From Trueperaceae bacterium (GTDB lineage: Bacteria; Deinococcota; Deinococci; Deinococcales; Trueperaceae): a stretch of DNA of 64,000 bases. Numbering within the stretch: the first letter of the stretch is position 1; each line of letters opens with the position of its first letter. Where the stretch lies: positions 576,001 through 640,000 of the forward strand of contig JAXHNB010000005.1 in the NCBI GenBank assembly GCA_034520945.1. The letters run 5' to 3'. The notes under the pieces were generated by a model. The model saw only the letters and a list, made by a program, of their open reading frames with translations. It had not been told where the DNA came from and did no database searches. The position numbers and the translations under genes are program-made. This document shows positions 20,408 to 30,491 of the stretch, in pieces.

Positions 20408-21789
20408 ACGGAAACGACCGCCACGAGCCTGGCGGCGTGCCGCCCCCGGACGGGCCCAGTGAGGCCCGCCCGGACGGCGCGCAGGGCTTCGCCACCCGGC
20501 AGCTGCACGCCGGCCAGCGGCCCGACCCGGCGACCGGCGCGCGGGCGGTGCCGATCTACGCCACCACCAGCTACCAGTTCCAGGACGCCGCCCACGCCGA
20601 AGGCGTCTTCGCCGGCACGGCGGCGGGCAACCAGTACGGCCGCATGGACAACCCCACGGTCCGGGTGCTGGCCGACCGCCTGGCCGACCTGGAGGGGCGC
20701 CCCCCAGGCTCGGGCGTGGTGCTCTCCAGCGGGCAGGCCGCCACCAGCGCCGTGATGCTGGCGCTCGCCTCGCCCGGCCGCGAGTGGCTGGTCACCAACC
20801 AGCTGTTCGGCGGCACCGCCGCGGTGGCCAACAAGATCCTGGACCCCCTGGGCGTGCGCGTGCGCTACGTGGACCCCGACCCGGACGCCGTCCGCGCCGC
20901 CGCCGGCCCGGACACGGTGGGGGTGTGGGTCGAGACCCTCGCCAACCCCAGCGGCACCGTGCCCGACCTGCCGGCCCTGGCGGACGCCGCCCACGCGGCC
21001 GGCGCGCCGCTCGTCGTGGACAACACCTTCGCCTGCGGCGGGTACCTGTGCCTTCCGCTGGCGCAGGGCGCCGACGCGGTGGTGCACTCCGCCACCAAGT
21101 GGATCGGCGGGCACGGCGTGGCGCTCGGCGGCGCGGTGATCGACGGCGGCAGCTTCGACTGGCACGCCGACCCGGACCGGCACCCCGGCTTCCACCGCCC
21201 CGACGCCCGCGGCCGCACCGTGCTCCAGAAGGCGCCGCATGCGCCCCTGGCGGCGCGCGTCAAGGACCTCGGCCTCACCACCATGGGCATGACGTTGGGC
21301 CCGCAGGAGGCGTTCCTGCTGCTGCAGGGCCTGGAGACCCTCAGCCTGCGGGTGCAGCGCTGCTGCGACACCGCCCTGGCGTTGGCGCCGCGATTGGGCG
21401 AGCTCGAAGGCGTACGCGAGGTGGTCTACCCGGGCCTGCCCGGCCACCCCAGCCACCAGGTGGCGCGGCGCGTGCTGCGTCACGGCTACGGCGCGGTGCT
21501 GGGCCTGGCGTTCGAGGACGAGGCCACCGCCCGCGGCACGCTGGATCGCTTGCGTCTGATCAGCCACCTGGCCAACATCGGGGACGCCAAGACGGTCGCC
21601 ATCCACCCGTGGACCACCACCCACGCCGGCCTGCGGGAGCCGGCCCGCCGCGCCGCCGGCGTCACGCCCGACCTGGTGCGGCTGTCCGTGGGGTTGGAGG
21701 ACCCCGGCGACATCCTGGCCGACCTGGCGCAGGCCGTGCGCGGTGCGCGCGAGGCGCGGCCGCACCCGGGGGAGGAGGGCAACGCATGA
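20404..21789 (+). CDS. Second MetY-like PLP transsulfuration-family enzyme
   Basis: [36 protein letters not shown]. Confidence 0.88.
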   Translation: MNGNDRHEPGGVPPPDGPSEARPDGAQGFATRQLHAGQRPDPATGARAVPIYATTSYQFQDAAHAEGVFAGTAAGNQYGRMDNPTVRVLADRLADLEGRPPGSGVVLSSGQAATSAVMLALASPGREWLVTNQLFGGTAAVANKILDPLGVRVRYVDPDPDAVRAAAGPDTVGVWVETLANPSGTVPDLPALADAAHAAGAPLVVDNTFACGGYLCLPLAQGADAVVHSATKWIGGHGVALGGAVIDGGSFDWHADPDRHPGFHRPDARGRTVLQKAPHAPLAARVKDLGLTTMGMTLGPQEAFLLLQGLETLSLRVQRCCDTALALAPRLGELEGVREVVYPGLPGHPSHQVARRVLRHGYGAVLGLAFEDEATARGTLDRLRLISHLANIGDAKTVAIHPWTTTHAGLREPARRAAGVTPDLVRLSVGLEDPGDILADLAQAVRGAREARPHPGEEGNA

Positions 21790-23060
21790 AGCCGCGCTCC
21801 TGGGGCACGCACGAGGGCGGCCCGCGTGAGCCCGGCAGCGACAAGCCCCTCCACCTGGTGCACGAGACCTGGGGGGACCACGAGGCGCTGCTGGCCCGCA
21901 CCCGCGCCGGGCCCGGCGGGCGCGTCGGGCAGGTCGACACGCACGTCATGGACGTCGCCGGCCCCAACGATCCATTGCCGCTGGAGCGCGGCGGGGAGTT
22001 GCAACCGGTCGCGCTGGCGTACGAGACCTACGGCGAGCTGAACGCCCGCGGCGACAACGCGATCGTGATCTGTCACGCGCTCACCGGCAGCGCGCACGCC
22101 GCCGGCGTGCACGCCCGCGAGGAGGTGCCCGGCTGGTGGGACCCCTTGATCGGGCCGGGCAAGCCGGTCGATACGGATCGGTTCTTCGTGATCAGCAGCA
22201 ACGTGTTCGGCGGATGTTACGGCTCCACCGGTCCCACCTCGCTCGATCCCCACACTGGCCGGCCGTACGGACCCGCCTTTCCGCGGTTCACCATCCGCGA
22301 CATGGTGCGCGCCCAGAAGCGCCTGGCCGACCGCCTGGGCGTCCGGCACGTCGCGGCGGTGATCGGCGGGTCGATGGGCGGCATGCAGGCGCTGGAGTGG
22401 GCCGCCATGTACCCCGAGCAGGTGGGCGCCATTGCGCCGGTCGCCATCGGCGCGCGGCACTCCGCCTGGGCGATCGGCCTGAACGAGGTGGCGCGGCGCG
22501 CCATCACCGCCGATCCCGCCTGGAACGGCGGGCGCTACCCGGCCGGGCAGCAGCCCGAGACCGGCCTGGGCCTGGCCCGCGCCATCGCCATGCTGTCGTA
22601 CCGCAGCTTCGACTCCCTGGAGGCCAAGTTCGGCCGCGAGCGCGTCCGCGCGCAGCAGGAGGAGGGCGAGTCGGCTTCAGAGGCCCGCAGCGACGTGCTG
22701 GGCCGCCTGATGTCGGTGGGCTTCGAGATCGAAAGCTACCTCAACTACCAGGGCGTCAAGATGAGCCAACGCTTCGACGCGAACACCTACCTGTACCTGA
22801 CGCGCGCCATGGACGACCACGACCTCGCCGAGGGCCGCGGCCGCACCGCGGAGGTGCTGGCCGGCATGACCATGCCGGCGCTGGTGATCAGCATCGACTC
22901 CGACGTGCTGTACCCCGAACGCGAACAGCGCGAACTGGTGGAGCACCTGCCCCGCGCCCGCTACGCCACGCTGCGCAGCCCGCACGGGCACGACGCGTTC
23001 CTGATCGAGTTTCCGCAGGTGGCGGCGCAGCTCAGGCGGTTCTTGAACGAGGTGGCGTAG
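21786..23060 (+). CDS. metX: Homoserine O-acetyltransferase
   Basis: CHALTG, GGSMGGMQ, RFDANTY, IDSD, HGHDAFLIE. Confidence 0.95.
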   Translation: MKPRSWGTHEGGPREPGSDKPLHLVHETWGDHEALLARTRAGPGGRVGQVDTHVMDVAGPNDPLPLERGGELQPVALAYETYGELNARGDNAIVICHALTGSAHAAGVHAREEVPGWWDPLIGPGKPVDTDRFFVISSNVFGGCYGSTGPTSLDPHTGRPYGPAFPRFTIRDMVRAQKRLADRLGVRHVAAVIGGSMGGMQALEWAAMYPEQVGAIAPVAIGARHSAWAIGLNEVARRAITADPAWNGGRYPAGQQPETGLGLARAIAMLSYRSFDSLEAKFGRERVRAQQEEGESASEARSDVLGRLMSVGFEIESYLNYQGVKMSQRFDANTYLYLTRAMDDHDLAEGRGRTAEVLAGMTMPALVISIDSDVLYPEREQRELVEHLPRARYATLRSPHGHDAFLIEFPQVAAQLRRFLNEVA

Positions 23061-23147
23061 CGGGGCTCGCGCCAGGCGCTTGGGCCGTCGCGAACGTCGT
23101 CCCCTGGCCTGGTATCGTGGGATCGCAGGCGGGGGTGAGGTGGCGTC

Positions 23148-23570
23148 GTGGACATGTTCGATCCCGACACGAAGGCACGATTGGACCAGTACCTTGCCGG
23201 GCGGCCCGAAATCCTGGCGGCCCTTCTGTTCGGATCCCATGCGCGAGGCGAGGCTAGGCCGGGCAGCGATGTCGATCTGGGCGTTCTCCTCGACCGGGAG
23301 AAGGCACGGGAGGGCTTGTACCGGTCGAGGCTGATGTCCGAGCTCATGGAGGTTCTCGGTACGCCGCACGTGGACGTCGTGATCCTCGATGATGCCCCAC
23401 CGCTGCTGCTGCATCGCGTGCTGCGGGATGGGCATCTTCTGTACTCCGTCGACGATCGCGCCGTTGCCGAGTTCACCATCCGGGCGATGCAGAAGTACGA
23501 GGATACGAAGCCGCTCCGTGAGCTTCAGGCCAACCGCCTGCGCGCAAAGCTCGACGCCGTTCGCGACTGA
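23148..23570 (+). CDS. MntA-type nucleotidyltransferase antitoxin
   Basis: FGSHARGEARPGSDVD (GSx10DxD). Confidence 0.9.
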   Translation: MDMFDPDTKARLDQYLAGRPEILAALLFGSHARGEARPGSDVDLGVLLDREKAREGLYRSRLMSELMEVLGTPHVDVVILDDAPPLLLHRVLRDGHLLYSVDDRAVAEFTIRAMQKYEDTKPLRELQANRLRAKLDAVRD

Positions 23571-23576
23571 GTCGAC

Positions 23577-24035
23577 GTGACCGGCGCACACCTCGACCAC
23601 GAAGCCGTGAGGCGGCGCCTCGCGCACATGATGGAAGCGGTGGAGGTGCTGAGAGAGTACCAGGGAATGACGTTCGACGAACTGGCGCGAAGCCCGAAGG
23701 TGCACTGGGCCGTTCAGCACGGCCTGCAGCTTTGCGTGCAAGCGGTCTTGGACCTGGCTTCGCATTTGGTCGCGGTGCACGACGTGCCCGTGCACGAGGA
23801 GTACCGAAACAACCTTCTGGCGTTGGCGCCGCTCGGTGTCCTGCCGGAGGCATTCGCGCGGCGGATCGCACCCATGGCCGGGTTCAGGAACATCCTCGTG
23901 CACCAGTACCTCGACGTCGATCTCGAAGAGGTGCACACGCTTCTGAATGAGCACCTGGATGACTTCGCGGAGTTCGCCCAACGGATCGAAGCATTCCTCG
24001 AGTCGCGAGAGGAGCCGGGGGAGGCACGAGGCTGA
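23577..24035 (+). CDS. HepT/DUF86 HEPN RNase toxin
   Basis: GFRNILVHQY (Rx4HxY). Confidence 0.9.
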   Translation: MTGAHLDHEAVRRRLAHMMEAVEVLREYQGMTFDELARSPKVHWAVQHGLQLCVQAVLDLASHLVAVHDVPVHEEYRNNLLALAPLGVLPEAFARRIAPMAGFRNILVHQYLDVDLEEVHTLLNEHLDDFAEFAQRIEAFLESREEPGEARG

Positions 24036-24232
24036 ACAGCCGACCGTCGTTGCTTCCGTCGTCGCTGCGCTCGTGCGGGAGGCGACGCATGGGCGGGGCG
24101 CTGCGCTTCGTGCTGCACGCGTCGACGGAGCGGAGGTCGCGGCCGAGCTCACGCGACGCGCACGCGGATCCGCGTGCGGCCCGTCGCCCGCGCCTGTTCA
24201 CGGCTCCCCGCCCACCAGCGCCCGCAGGAAGC

Positions 24233-24613
24233 GAGGCCCGAAGCGACGTGCTGGGCCGCCTGATGTCGGTCGGCTTCGAGATCGAGAGCTACCTGAACGA
24301 CCAGGGCGTCAAGATGAGCCAACGCTTCGACGCCAACACCTACCTGTACCTGACGCGCGCCATGGACGACCACGACCTCGCCGAGGGCCGCGGCCGCACC
24401 GCGGAGGTGCTGGCCGGCATGACCATGCCGGCGTTGGTGATCAGCATCGATTCCGACGTGCTGTACCCCGAACGCGAGCAGCGCGAGCTGGTGGAGCACC
24501 TGCCCCGCGCCCGCTACGCCACCCTGCGCAGCCCGCACGGGCACGACGCGTTCCTGATCGAGTTTCCGCAGGTGGCGGCGCAGCTTCGGCGGTTCTTGAA
24601 CGAGGTGGCGTAG
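24233..24613 (+). repeat. metX 3'-end copy 2 (381 bp, near-identical to 22680-23060)
   Basis: Direct alignment; ends at the same stop codon. Confidence 0.95.
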
Positions 24614-24666
24614 GCGGGAGCTACGAGGCCGCTGGGCAGGTTCGCTCGAAGGTCATTCGCAGTGGG

Positions 24667-25077
24667 CTATTCCAGGCTCTCCAATAGAAAGGACCGTACG
24701 GTTCGTACCCGGACGGGAACATCGGTCCTGCGCATCAGTCCACCGAAGTGGCGGAGATCGCCGGTCAGGAAGATGTCCGCTCCGATGGCGACGGCCGTGC
24801 CGTAGATCGGCGCGTCCTTGGGTGGTAGATCGAAGCGCGATTCGTCGTTCGTGACGTCAGGCACGACGTGCACGACACGCGTTCGAGACCCGAAGCGCTG
24901 CATGGCGTGACGGCGCTTGCGCTTCAGGTTCCGCTCCGCCTCGATCAGGCACGTTCGGCTCGTCAGCAGGACCAGGCGCTCGTCGTCGCCAAGGGACCAC
25001 AGCAGGTCGAAGACGGGGCCACCCACGGCCGCGCTGAACAGGATGTTGGCGTCGAGAAACGTCTTCAGCGGTTCCAC
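24667..25077 (-). CDS. PIN-domain toxin
   Basis: FLDANILFSA, KDAPI, LTGDLRHF. Confidence 0.88.
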   Translation of the reverse strand: MEPLKTFLDANILFSAAVGGPVFDLLWSLGDDERLVLLTSRTCLIEAERNLKRKRRHAMQRFGSRTRVVHVVPDVTNDESRFDLPPKDAPIYGTAVAIGADIFLTGDLRHFGGLMRRTDVPVRVRTVRSFLLESLE

Positions 25078-25319
25078 GCGGCCCGCGCGCGTTCGAGTTC
25101 CTCGTCGGACATCGATGCTGCCTGCTCGAACTCGGCGATGCGGTCGTCGTCGTACAGCTCGATCGGGACGACTTCGACCGGTTCGAGCACGACACGGCCA
25201 TCATCGACCCGAACGCGGAACGCGTCGCCGGCACGCAAGCCAAGGGCCCGCCGGAGCCCTGCGGGGAGGGTGACCTGGCCACGCGGGGAAAGCTGAACCA
25301 GCGGCTCGACGGTGCTCAT
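25065..25319 (-). CDS. AbrB/MazE-type antitoxin
   Basis: RGQVTLPAGLRRALGLRAGD. Confidence 0.88.
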   Translation of the reverse strand: MSTVEPLVQLSPRGQVTLPAGLRRALGLRAGDAFRVRVDDGRVVLEPVEVVPIELYDDDRIAEFEQAASMSDEELERARAAWNR

Positions 25320-25361
25320 GATGTCAGAATAGCAGACAATCCGAAATGCGTAGGCTCGATC

Positions 25362-25643
25362 GCGTCAAGCTGTCCAAGCGCTTCGACGCGAACACCTAAC
25401 CTCTACATCACCCGCGCCATGGACCATCACGACGCGATCGAGGGCCGCGGTCGCCTGGCGCAGGTGCTGGGCCGGATGACGATGCCGGCATGGGTGATGA
25501 AGATCGACTCGGACGTGCTGTACCCTGAGAGGGAGCCGCGGGAGCTGGTCGAGCACCTGCCCCGCGCCCGCTACGCCACCCTACGCAGTCCGCACGGGCA
25601 CGACGCGTTCCTGATCGAGTTTCCGCAAATAGCGGCGCTCTAG
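25362..25643 (+). repeat. metX 3'-end copy 3 (diverged, degenerate)
   Basis: VKLSKRFDANT..TRAMDHHDAIEGRG..HGHDAFLIEFPQ. Confidence 0.9.
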
Positions 25644-25659
25644 TAGGGCACCTTACTCG

Positions 25660-26045
25660 AGTCTGGGCTTGGGAAGCTACCGCACGGCATGGGTGATGCT
25701 CCAGAAGCTGCAGCCGGCGATGGTGCGGCTCGGCAGGGACTCGCTGCAGGGCACCGTCGAGGGGGACGAGACGTACCTGGGGGCAAGCGAACCGGGGGTC
25801 CATGGCCGCCCGCTGGTCGGCAAAGCGTTGGTGGTGATCGCCGTGGAGACGGCCGGCAAAAGGAGCGGACGCGTCCACCTGCGCCACGTGCCAGATGGTT
25901 TCAAGGCGAGCCTGCTCGGCTTCATCAGCGATTGCGTGGAGCCCGGGAGTCTCGTGCACACCGACGGGTGGCGAGGCTACGCCGGACTGCCTGCAGCCGG
26001 GTGCACGCACCGCATCACCGCCACTCGGGGTGATGGTGAACTTGA
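25660..26045 (+). pseudogene. IS1595-family transposase fragment
   Basis: LGSYRTAW, VEGDETYLG, VHTDGWRGY. Confidence 0.8.
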
Positions 26046-26059
26046 ACCTCCCTCGGCGA

Positions 26060-26350
26060 GGTCGACCGAGCTTGGCCGCCTTCGCTGCGAGCGCGGTCTT
26101 CGCACCGGTCATCGACGTCAAAGCCAAGCAATTTCCTGGCGGCGGTGCGTCGTACAGGGATCGTGGCAGAGGGCGCCTCCGGCTGATCCCCGGGGACACG
26201 TTGCTGACCCAGCTGCAGCAGGACTACCGCCAGATGTCGCAGGCGGGCATGTTCGTCGCAGAACCACCTGCATTCGACCAGATTCTCGAGCACCTGGCAG
26301 AACTCGAGGAGACCATCAATGCCGCCTGTGGGGCAGCTCCGATCGCCTGA
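26060..26350 (+). pseudogene. AbiEii-like nucleotidyltransferase toxin, C-terminal fragment
   Basis: GRLRLIP..LQQDYRQM..MF..PPAFDQIL..L..LEETIN. Confidence 0.6.
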
Positions 26351-26419
26351 ACGACCCCCGACCGGTCACGCGCAGAGCGACGCCTCGTCGCCCTCGCCCA
26401 ACCCCGGATGGATCGGCAG

Positions 26420-26690
26420 CGACACCACTCGCTCGCACACCTCCGCGACGACCGGCGGCGACGCCGGCGCGCCCATCACCGGCTGCGCGCTGAGCGCCAG
26501 CGGGTAGAAGCGCTGATGCGCGATCCGGATGGTGCCGCAGCTTGATGCGCAGCACCGCTGCCTGCAGCGCGCTCGACGGCCGGACGGAGCTCGTCCCAGA
26601 GGCCGTCGACTTCGGACGCGAGATCGAGCATGGGGATGGGCGGACGGTTCGCGTCGGGCATCGGGCGGAGTGTACCGCGGCGTGTGCCGC
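26420..26690 (-). pseudogene. Internally deleted degT-family remnant
   Basis: Joined pieces PIPMLDLASEVDGLWDELRPAVERA / LQAAVLRIKL / IAHQRFYPLALSAQPVMG match 28149-29276. Confidence 0.85.
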
Positions 26691-26764
26691 CTACTGGCGA
26701 GGATCGTGCGCAGACCACGTCATCGATCGATTGGGCGCTTTACGATGGATCGATCGAAGGGAGC

Positions 26765-26974
26765 ATGATGGAGACCGTGAAGATCTCACCCAAGTTCCAG
26801 GTCGTCATCCCTAAGCGCATCCGTGAAGCGTTGACGCTCGAGCCCGGGCAGTACCTCGACATGGTCGTCGTGGACGGGCGGATCGAGATGATCCCAGTTC
26901 CGTCGCTGAAGGAGGCGCGCGGATTCCTCCACGGCATCGACACCAGCGTGCCTCGCGACGAAGACCGGGTATGA
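26765..26974 (+). CDS. AbrB/MazE-type antitoxin
   Basis: KISPKFQVVIPKRIREAL. Confidence 0.9.
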   Translation: MMETVKISPKFQVVIPKRIREALTLEPGQYLDMVVVDGRIEMIPVPSLKEARGFLHGIDTSVPRDEDRV

Positions 26975-27345
26975 ACGTCGTCGACTCCAGCGCATGGCTC
27001 GCGTACTTCGCCGGGACGCGCAATGCCGATGCATTCGCCACCGTGATCGAGCGGCCCGAGGAACGCCTCGTACCCACACTCACCCTGTTCGAGGTCTTCA
27101 AGCGGGTGCTCGTCCAACGCGGTGAGACCGATGCCGTGCGGGCGGTCTCGATCATGCGGTCCGGATCGCGAACCGTGGACCTCGACGCAGGATTGGCGAT
27201 CACGGCGGCGCGCCTCTCCGCGACCGCGCCGCTTCCCCTCGCCGATGCGATCATCCTCGCCACAGCGAAGGCGTACGACGCCGTCCTCTGGACGCAGGAC
27301 GCGGACTTCCGAGACATGCCCGGCGTCGAGTACCGCGCCCCCTGA
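26971..27345 (+). CDS. VapC PIN toxin
   Basis: VVDSSAWL, LADAIILATA, WTQDADF. Confidence 0.9.
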   Translation: MNVVDSSAWLAYFAGTRNADAFATVIERPEERLVPTLTLFEVFKRVLVQRGETDAVRAVSIMRSGSRTVDLDAGLAITAARLSATAPLPLADAIILATAKAYDAVLWTQDADFRDMPGVEYRAP

Positions 27346-27381
27346 CCGCCCTACCCCGGCGGCGCCTCCCACGCCTTCATA

Positions 27382-27570
27382 TCAGGCCGGATTCCTTGGG
27401 TCGCCCGGGTCGATGATCTCGACGCCGAGGTCGCGCATGTCGCGGATGTTTCGCGTTACGAGCATGAGGCCGTGAACGATGGCCGTGGCCACGAGGAGCG
27501 AGTCGATCACGGGAAGGGATCGTCCGCGAGCTGCGTGTCGGCCGCGGAGACGTCCCAGGCCGTCGCGACG
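27382..27570 (-). pseudogene. PIN toxin C-terminal remnant (paralog of 29320-29745)
   Basis: GRSLPVIDSLLVATAIVHGLMLVTRNIRD. Confidence 0.8.
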
Positions 27571-27578
27571 GCCTGGTC

Positions 27579-27753
27579 GATCCGCATCGACTCCGACGTG
27601 CTGTACCCCGAACGCGAGCAGCGCGAGCTCGTCGAGCTCCTGCCGCGGGCGCGGTGCGCGACCCTGCGCAGCCCGCACGGGCACGACGCGTTCCTGATCG
27701 AGTTCCCGCAGGTGGCAGCGCAGCTGCGGCGGTTCTTGAACGAGGTGGCGTAG
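27579..27753 (+). repeat. metX 3'-end copy 4
   Basis: IDSDVLYPEREQRELVELLPRARCATLRSPHGHDAFLIEFPQVAAQLRRFLNEVA*. Confidence 0.95.
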
Positions 27754-27843
27754 GAGAGGGTAGGGGAGGGAGCGCAGCGTCTCCCGCGCGTCATTCCGGT
27801 GCTGCTGGTCTCACCGCATGGGCTGGAGGACAGGCGCCCGCGC

Positions 27844-28107
27844 CTACTGGAGCTGCGACGCTAGCCGCTTTTCGTTCTCGACAGCCGCCTCCGCGAAGGC
27901 TCGCGTTTCGGCCTCCAGGTCGATGTCGCCCGGCGGTACGCCTGGCAACCGCCGGTACAAGTCCATTACCGATTCCGGCTTTTGGACGCGGCCCACCAGG
28001 CGTCCGTCCTCCGCCTCGAAGGTGATTCGGTCGCCCGGTCGGAGGTTCAACGCCTCACGCACGTGCTTGGGAATGGTGATCCGTCCGCGTCGTCCCAGCT
28101 TGGTCAT
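27844..28107 (-). CDS. Orphan AbrB-type antitoxin
   Basis: RGRITIPKHVREALNLRPGD. Confidence 0.85.
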   Translation of the reverse strand: MTKLGRRGRITIPKHVREALNLRPGDRITFEAEDGRLVGRVQKPESVMDLYRRLPGVPPGDIDLEAETRAFAEAAVENEKRLASQLQ

Positions 28108-28148
28108 GAAGACACGTCCTCTCTCCGCCGTGCCACCATCATGCCACC

Positions 28149-29276
28149 TCACCCCTGCACGACGCCACGCACGACCTCCGCCACCCGCCCCACCTGCTCC
28201 GGCGTCAACCCCGGATGCACGGGCAGCGACAGCACCCGCGCACTGGCCGCGTCCGCCACGGGCCGCGCCTGGGGCGTGCCCATCACCGGCTGCGAGCTCA
28301 GCGGCACCGGGTAGAAGCGCTGGTGCGCGATGCCGGCCTCGTCCAGGGCCCCGCGTACCTTCTCCAGGCGCTCCTCGGGGAGTTGCACGGTGAACTGGTG
28401 GAAGACGTGATCGTCGTGCAATGGGGGCAGGTCCACGCCGTCCGTGTCACTCAGGAGCTCGTGGTACCACCCGGCCACGCGGCGGCGGGCGGCGCTCGCC
28501 AGGGCCACGCGCGGCAGCTTGACCCGCAGGATGGCGGCCTGTAGCGCGTCCAGGCGCGAGTTGTGCCCCAGCATGTCGTGCACGTACTTGGCGTTCGGGC
28601 GGGAACCGTGCGTCCGCAGGCGCCGGATCGTCTGCGCCAGCTCGTCGTCCTGGGTGGTCAGCAGCCCCGCGTCGCCGTACGCCCCCAGCGTCTTGGTGGG
28701 GTAGAAGCTGAACGCCCCCAGCGTGCCCAGCGTGCCGGCCTTCGCGCCGTCCGCGGCAGTGCACCGCGCGCCGAACGCCTGCGCCGCGTCCTCGACGACG
28801 GCCAGGTCGTGCGCCTCGGCGATCTCGGTGATGCGGTTCATGTCCGCCGGCAGCCCGAACAGGTGCACCGGCAGGATCGCCCGCGTGCGGTCGCTCAGCA
28901 GCGGCGGGATCGTGTCCGGGTCCAGGTTCAGGGTTTCGGGGTCGATGTCGCCGAACACGGGGGTGGCGCCGCGCCGCAGGATCGCTTCGCTGGTGGCGAA
29001 GAAGCTGAACGGGGTGGTGATCACCTCGTCGCCGGCACCGATCCCGAGCGCCTCCAGGGCGATCACCAGCGCGTCCGTCCCGCTGTTCAGGCCGACGGCG
29101 TGGCCCGCCTCTAGGTCCTCCGCGGCCTCCGCTTCGAACGCCGCCACCTCGGGCCCGCCGACGAACTGGCCGGAGCGCAGCACGCGCTCGATGGCGGGTT
29201 GAAGCTCGTCCCAGAGCGTCTCTACCTCGCCGGCGAGGTCCAGCATTGGGATGGGTTCGTGCGGCGCGCTTGGCAT
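28149..29276 (-). CDS. DegT/DnrJ/EryC1/StrS sugar aminotransferase
   Basis: NSGTDAL, PVHLFG, EDAAQAFG, SFYPTKTLGAYGDAG, NSRLDALQAA. Confidence 0.95.
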   Translation of the reverse strand: MPSAPHEPIPMLDLAGEVETLWDELQPAIERVLRSGQFVGGPEVAAFEAEAAEDLEAGHAVGLNSGTDALVIALEALGIGAGDEVITTPFSFFATSEAILRRGATPVFGDIDPETLNLDPDTIPPLLSDRTRAILPVHLFGLPADMNRITEIAEAHDLAVVEDAAQAFGARCTAADGAKAGTLGTLGAFSFYPTKTLGAYGDAGLLTTQDDELAQTIRRLRTHGSRPNAKYVHDMLGHNSRLDALQAAILRVKLPRVALASAARRRVAGWYHELLSDTDGVDLPPLHDDHVFHQFTVQLPEERLEKVRGALDEAGIAHQRFYPVPLSSQPVMGTPQARPVADAASARVLSLPVHPGLTPEQVGRVAEVVRGVVQG

Positions 29277-29319
29277 CGGCGGCAGTGTACCGCGGGGTGC
29301 GTGCACGGCCAGCGTGCCG

Positions 29320-29745
29320 TCAGGGGCTACGCGAAGGGTCGACGAGGTCGACCGGTAGGCCGTCGAAGTCCCGTACGTTCAGGGTGACCAAGGTCAGATC
29401 GTGAGCGATCGCCGTGGCCGCCAACAGCGAGTCGATCACCGGAAGTGTCCGTCCTCGCCGAACCGAGTCTCCTCGGAGTTCACCCCACGCGAGGGCGACC
29501 CTCGCGTCAATGCTGAGGATCCGCCCCTCGTAGTTGGGGATCATGACGTCGTGGAGCCACCGGACGTACGGTTCTCCGCGTGCGCCCAGTCGGGCGGCAC
29601 CTTGGGCGACCTCTCCGATCGTGAGCGTACTGAGGTATGTCGATCCGGCATCGAGGGAATCCAGCCACGCCACCACGTTGGGATCAGGGGCCCGTTTTCC
29701 GGGTTCGGACAGCACGTTCGTATCGAGGAGGTACCCCGAGCTCAC
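29320..29745 (-). CDS. VapC PIN toxin
   Basis: YLLDTNVLSE, DSLLAATA, VTLNVRDF. Confidence 0.92.
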   Translation of the reverse strand: MSSGYLLDTNVLSEPGKRAPDPNVVAWLDSLDAGSTYLSTLTIGEVAQGAARLGARGEPYVRWLHDVMIPNYEGRILSIDARVALAWGELRGDSVRRGRTLPVIDSLLAATAIAHDLTLVTLNVRDFDGLPVDLVDPSRSP

Positions 29746-29996
29746 GGAAGCTCGGTGTCGCGACCCATATCATCGAGCCGCTCGAGGGGGAGGTCGTCCA
29801 TGGCAGGCATGTCCCCAAGGGCTTCGAGAACCGATTGGCGTGGCTGAACGAAGCGCCGATATCGGTGGATGCTCATCACGACGGCCGTGGCGACCCCATG
29901 CCTGGTCACGATGGTGTCTTCCCCTTCTTCCGCACGACGAACGATGTCGCTGAAGCGAGCTTTTGCATCTTGAAGCTTGCGCGTTCGAGTCTGCAC
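29742..29996 (-). CDS. Phd/YefM antitoxin
   Basis: LQDAKARFSDIVRRAEEGEDTIVTRHG. Confidence 0.9.
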   Translation of the reverse strand: MQTRTRKLQDAKARFSDIVRRAEEGEDTIVTRHGVATAVVMSIHRYRRFVQPRQSVLEALGDMPAMDDLPLERLDDMGRDTELP

Positions 29997-30491
29997 GATT
30001 CCATCCTTTCGGCACCGGAACACATCTGACTAGTCAGCCTAGTCTTAGTCTAGCAGGCCAAGGACGATCTCGAGCCAACCTTCGCGACCCTTCCGACACC
30101 CTCGCGAGCCACGCGGGTGGCGATGAAGCTGAAGGGGGTGGCGATCACCTCGTTACCGCAGCAGGAGGGAGTCCAACATGGCGCTCACGACGCCTTGGGC
30201 CACGCCGAGCCCCGTATGTGCGGCGCCGAGGCAAAGGCGCATGTTCATAGCCCTGCATGCGCAACCTGCGCGCGCCGGTCGCCCTTGCGGAACGCGGTCG
30301 GTACGGCGCCGAGAGGCGCGTGGCGGGCGCGGCCGTCGTGTCGGGCCGAACCGCTGCGGCCCTGCCCTTGACCCGACCATGCATCACGGCGCATGATGAT
30401 GTTCACGCGCTCGCGTGAGAGTGGGGAGAACACATGCGTGGTCCTGGCGCACTTGGTGAGTTCACATGGCGGGGTACGCCATGAACGGCTC

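Noticed and set aside
30405..30420. Palindrome TCACGCGCTCGCGTGA upstream of the CIS operon as an operator
   Set aside because: A single GC-rich instance with no second copy or cognate regulator, so it cannot be supported.
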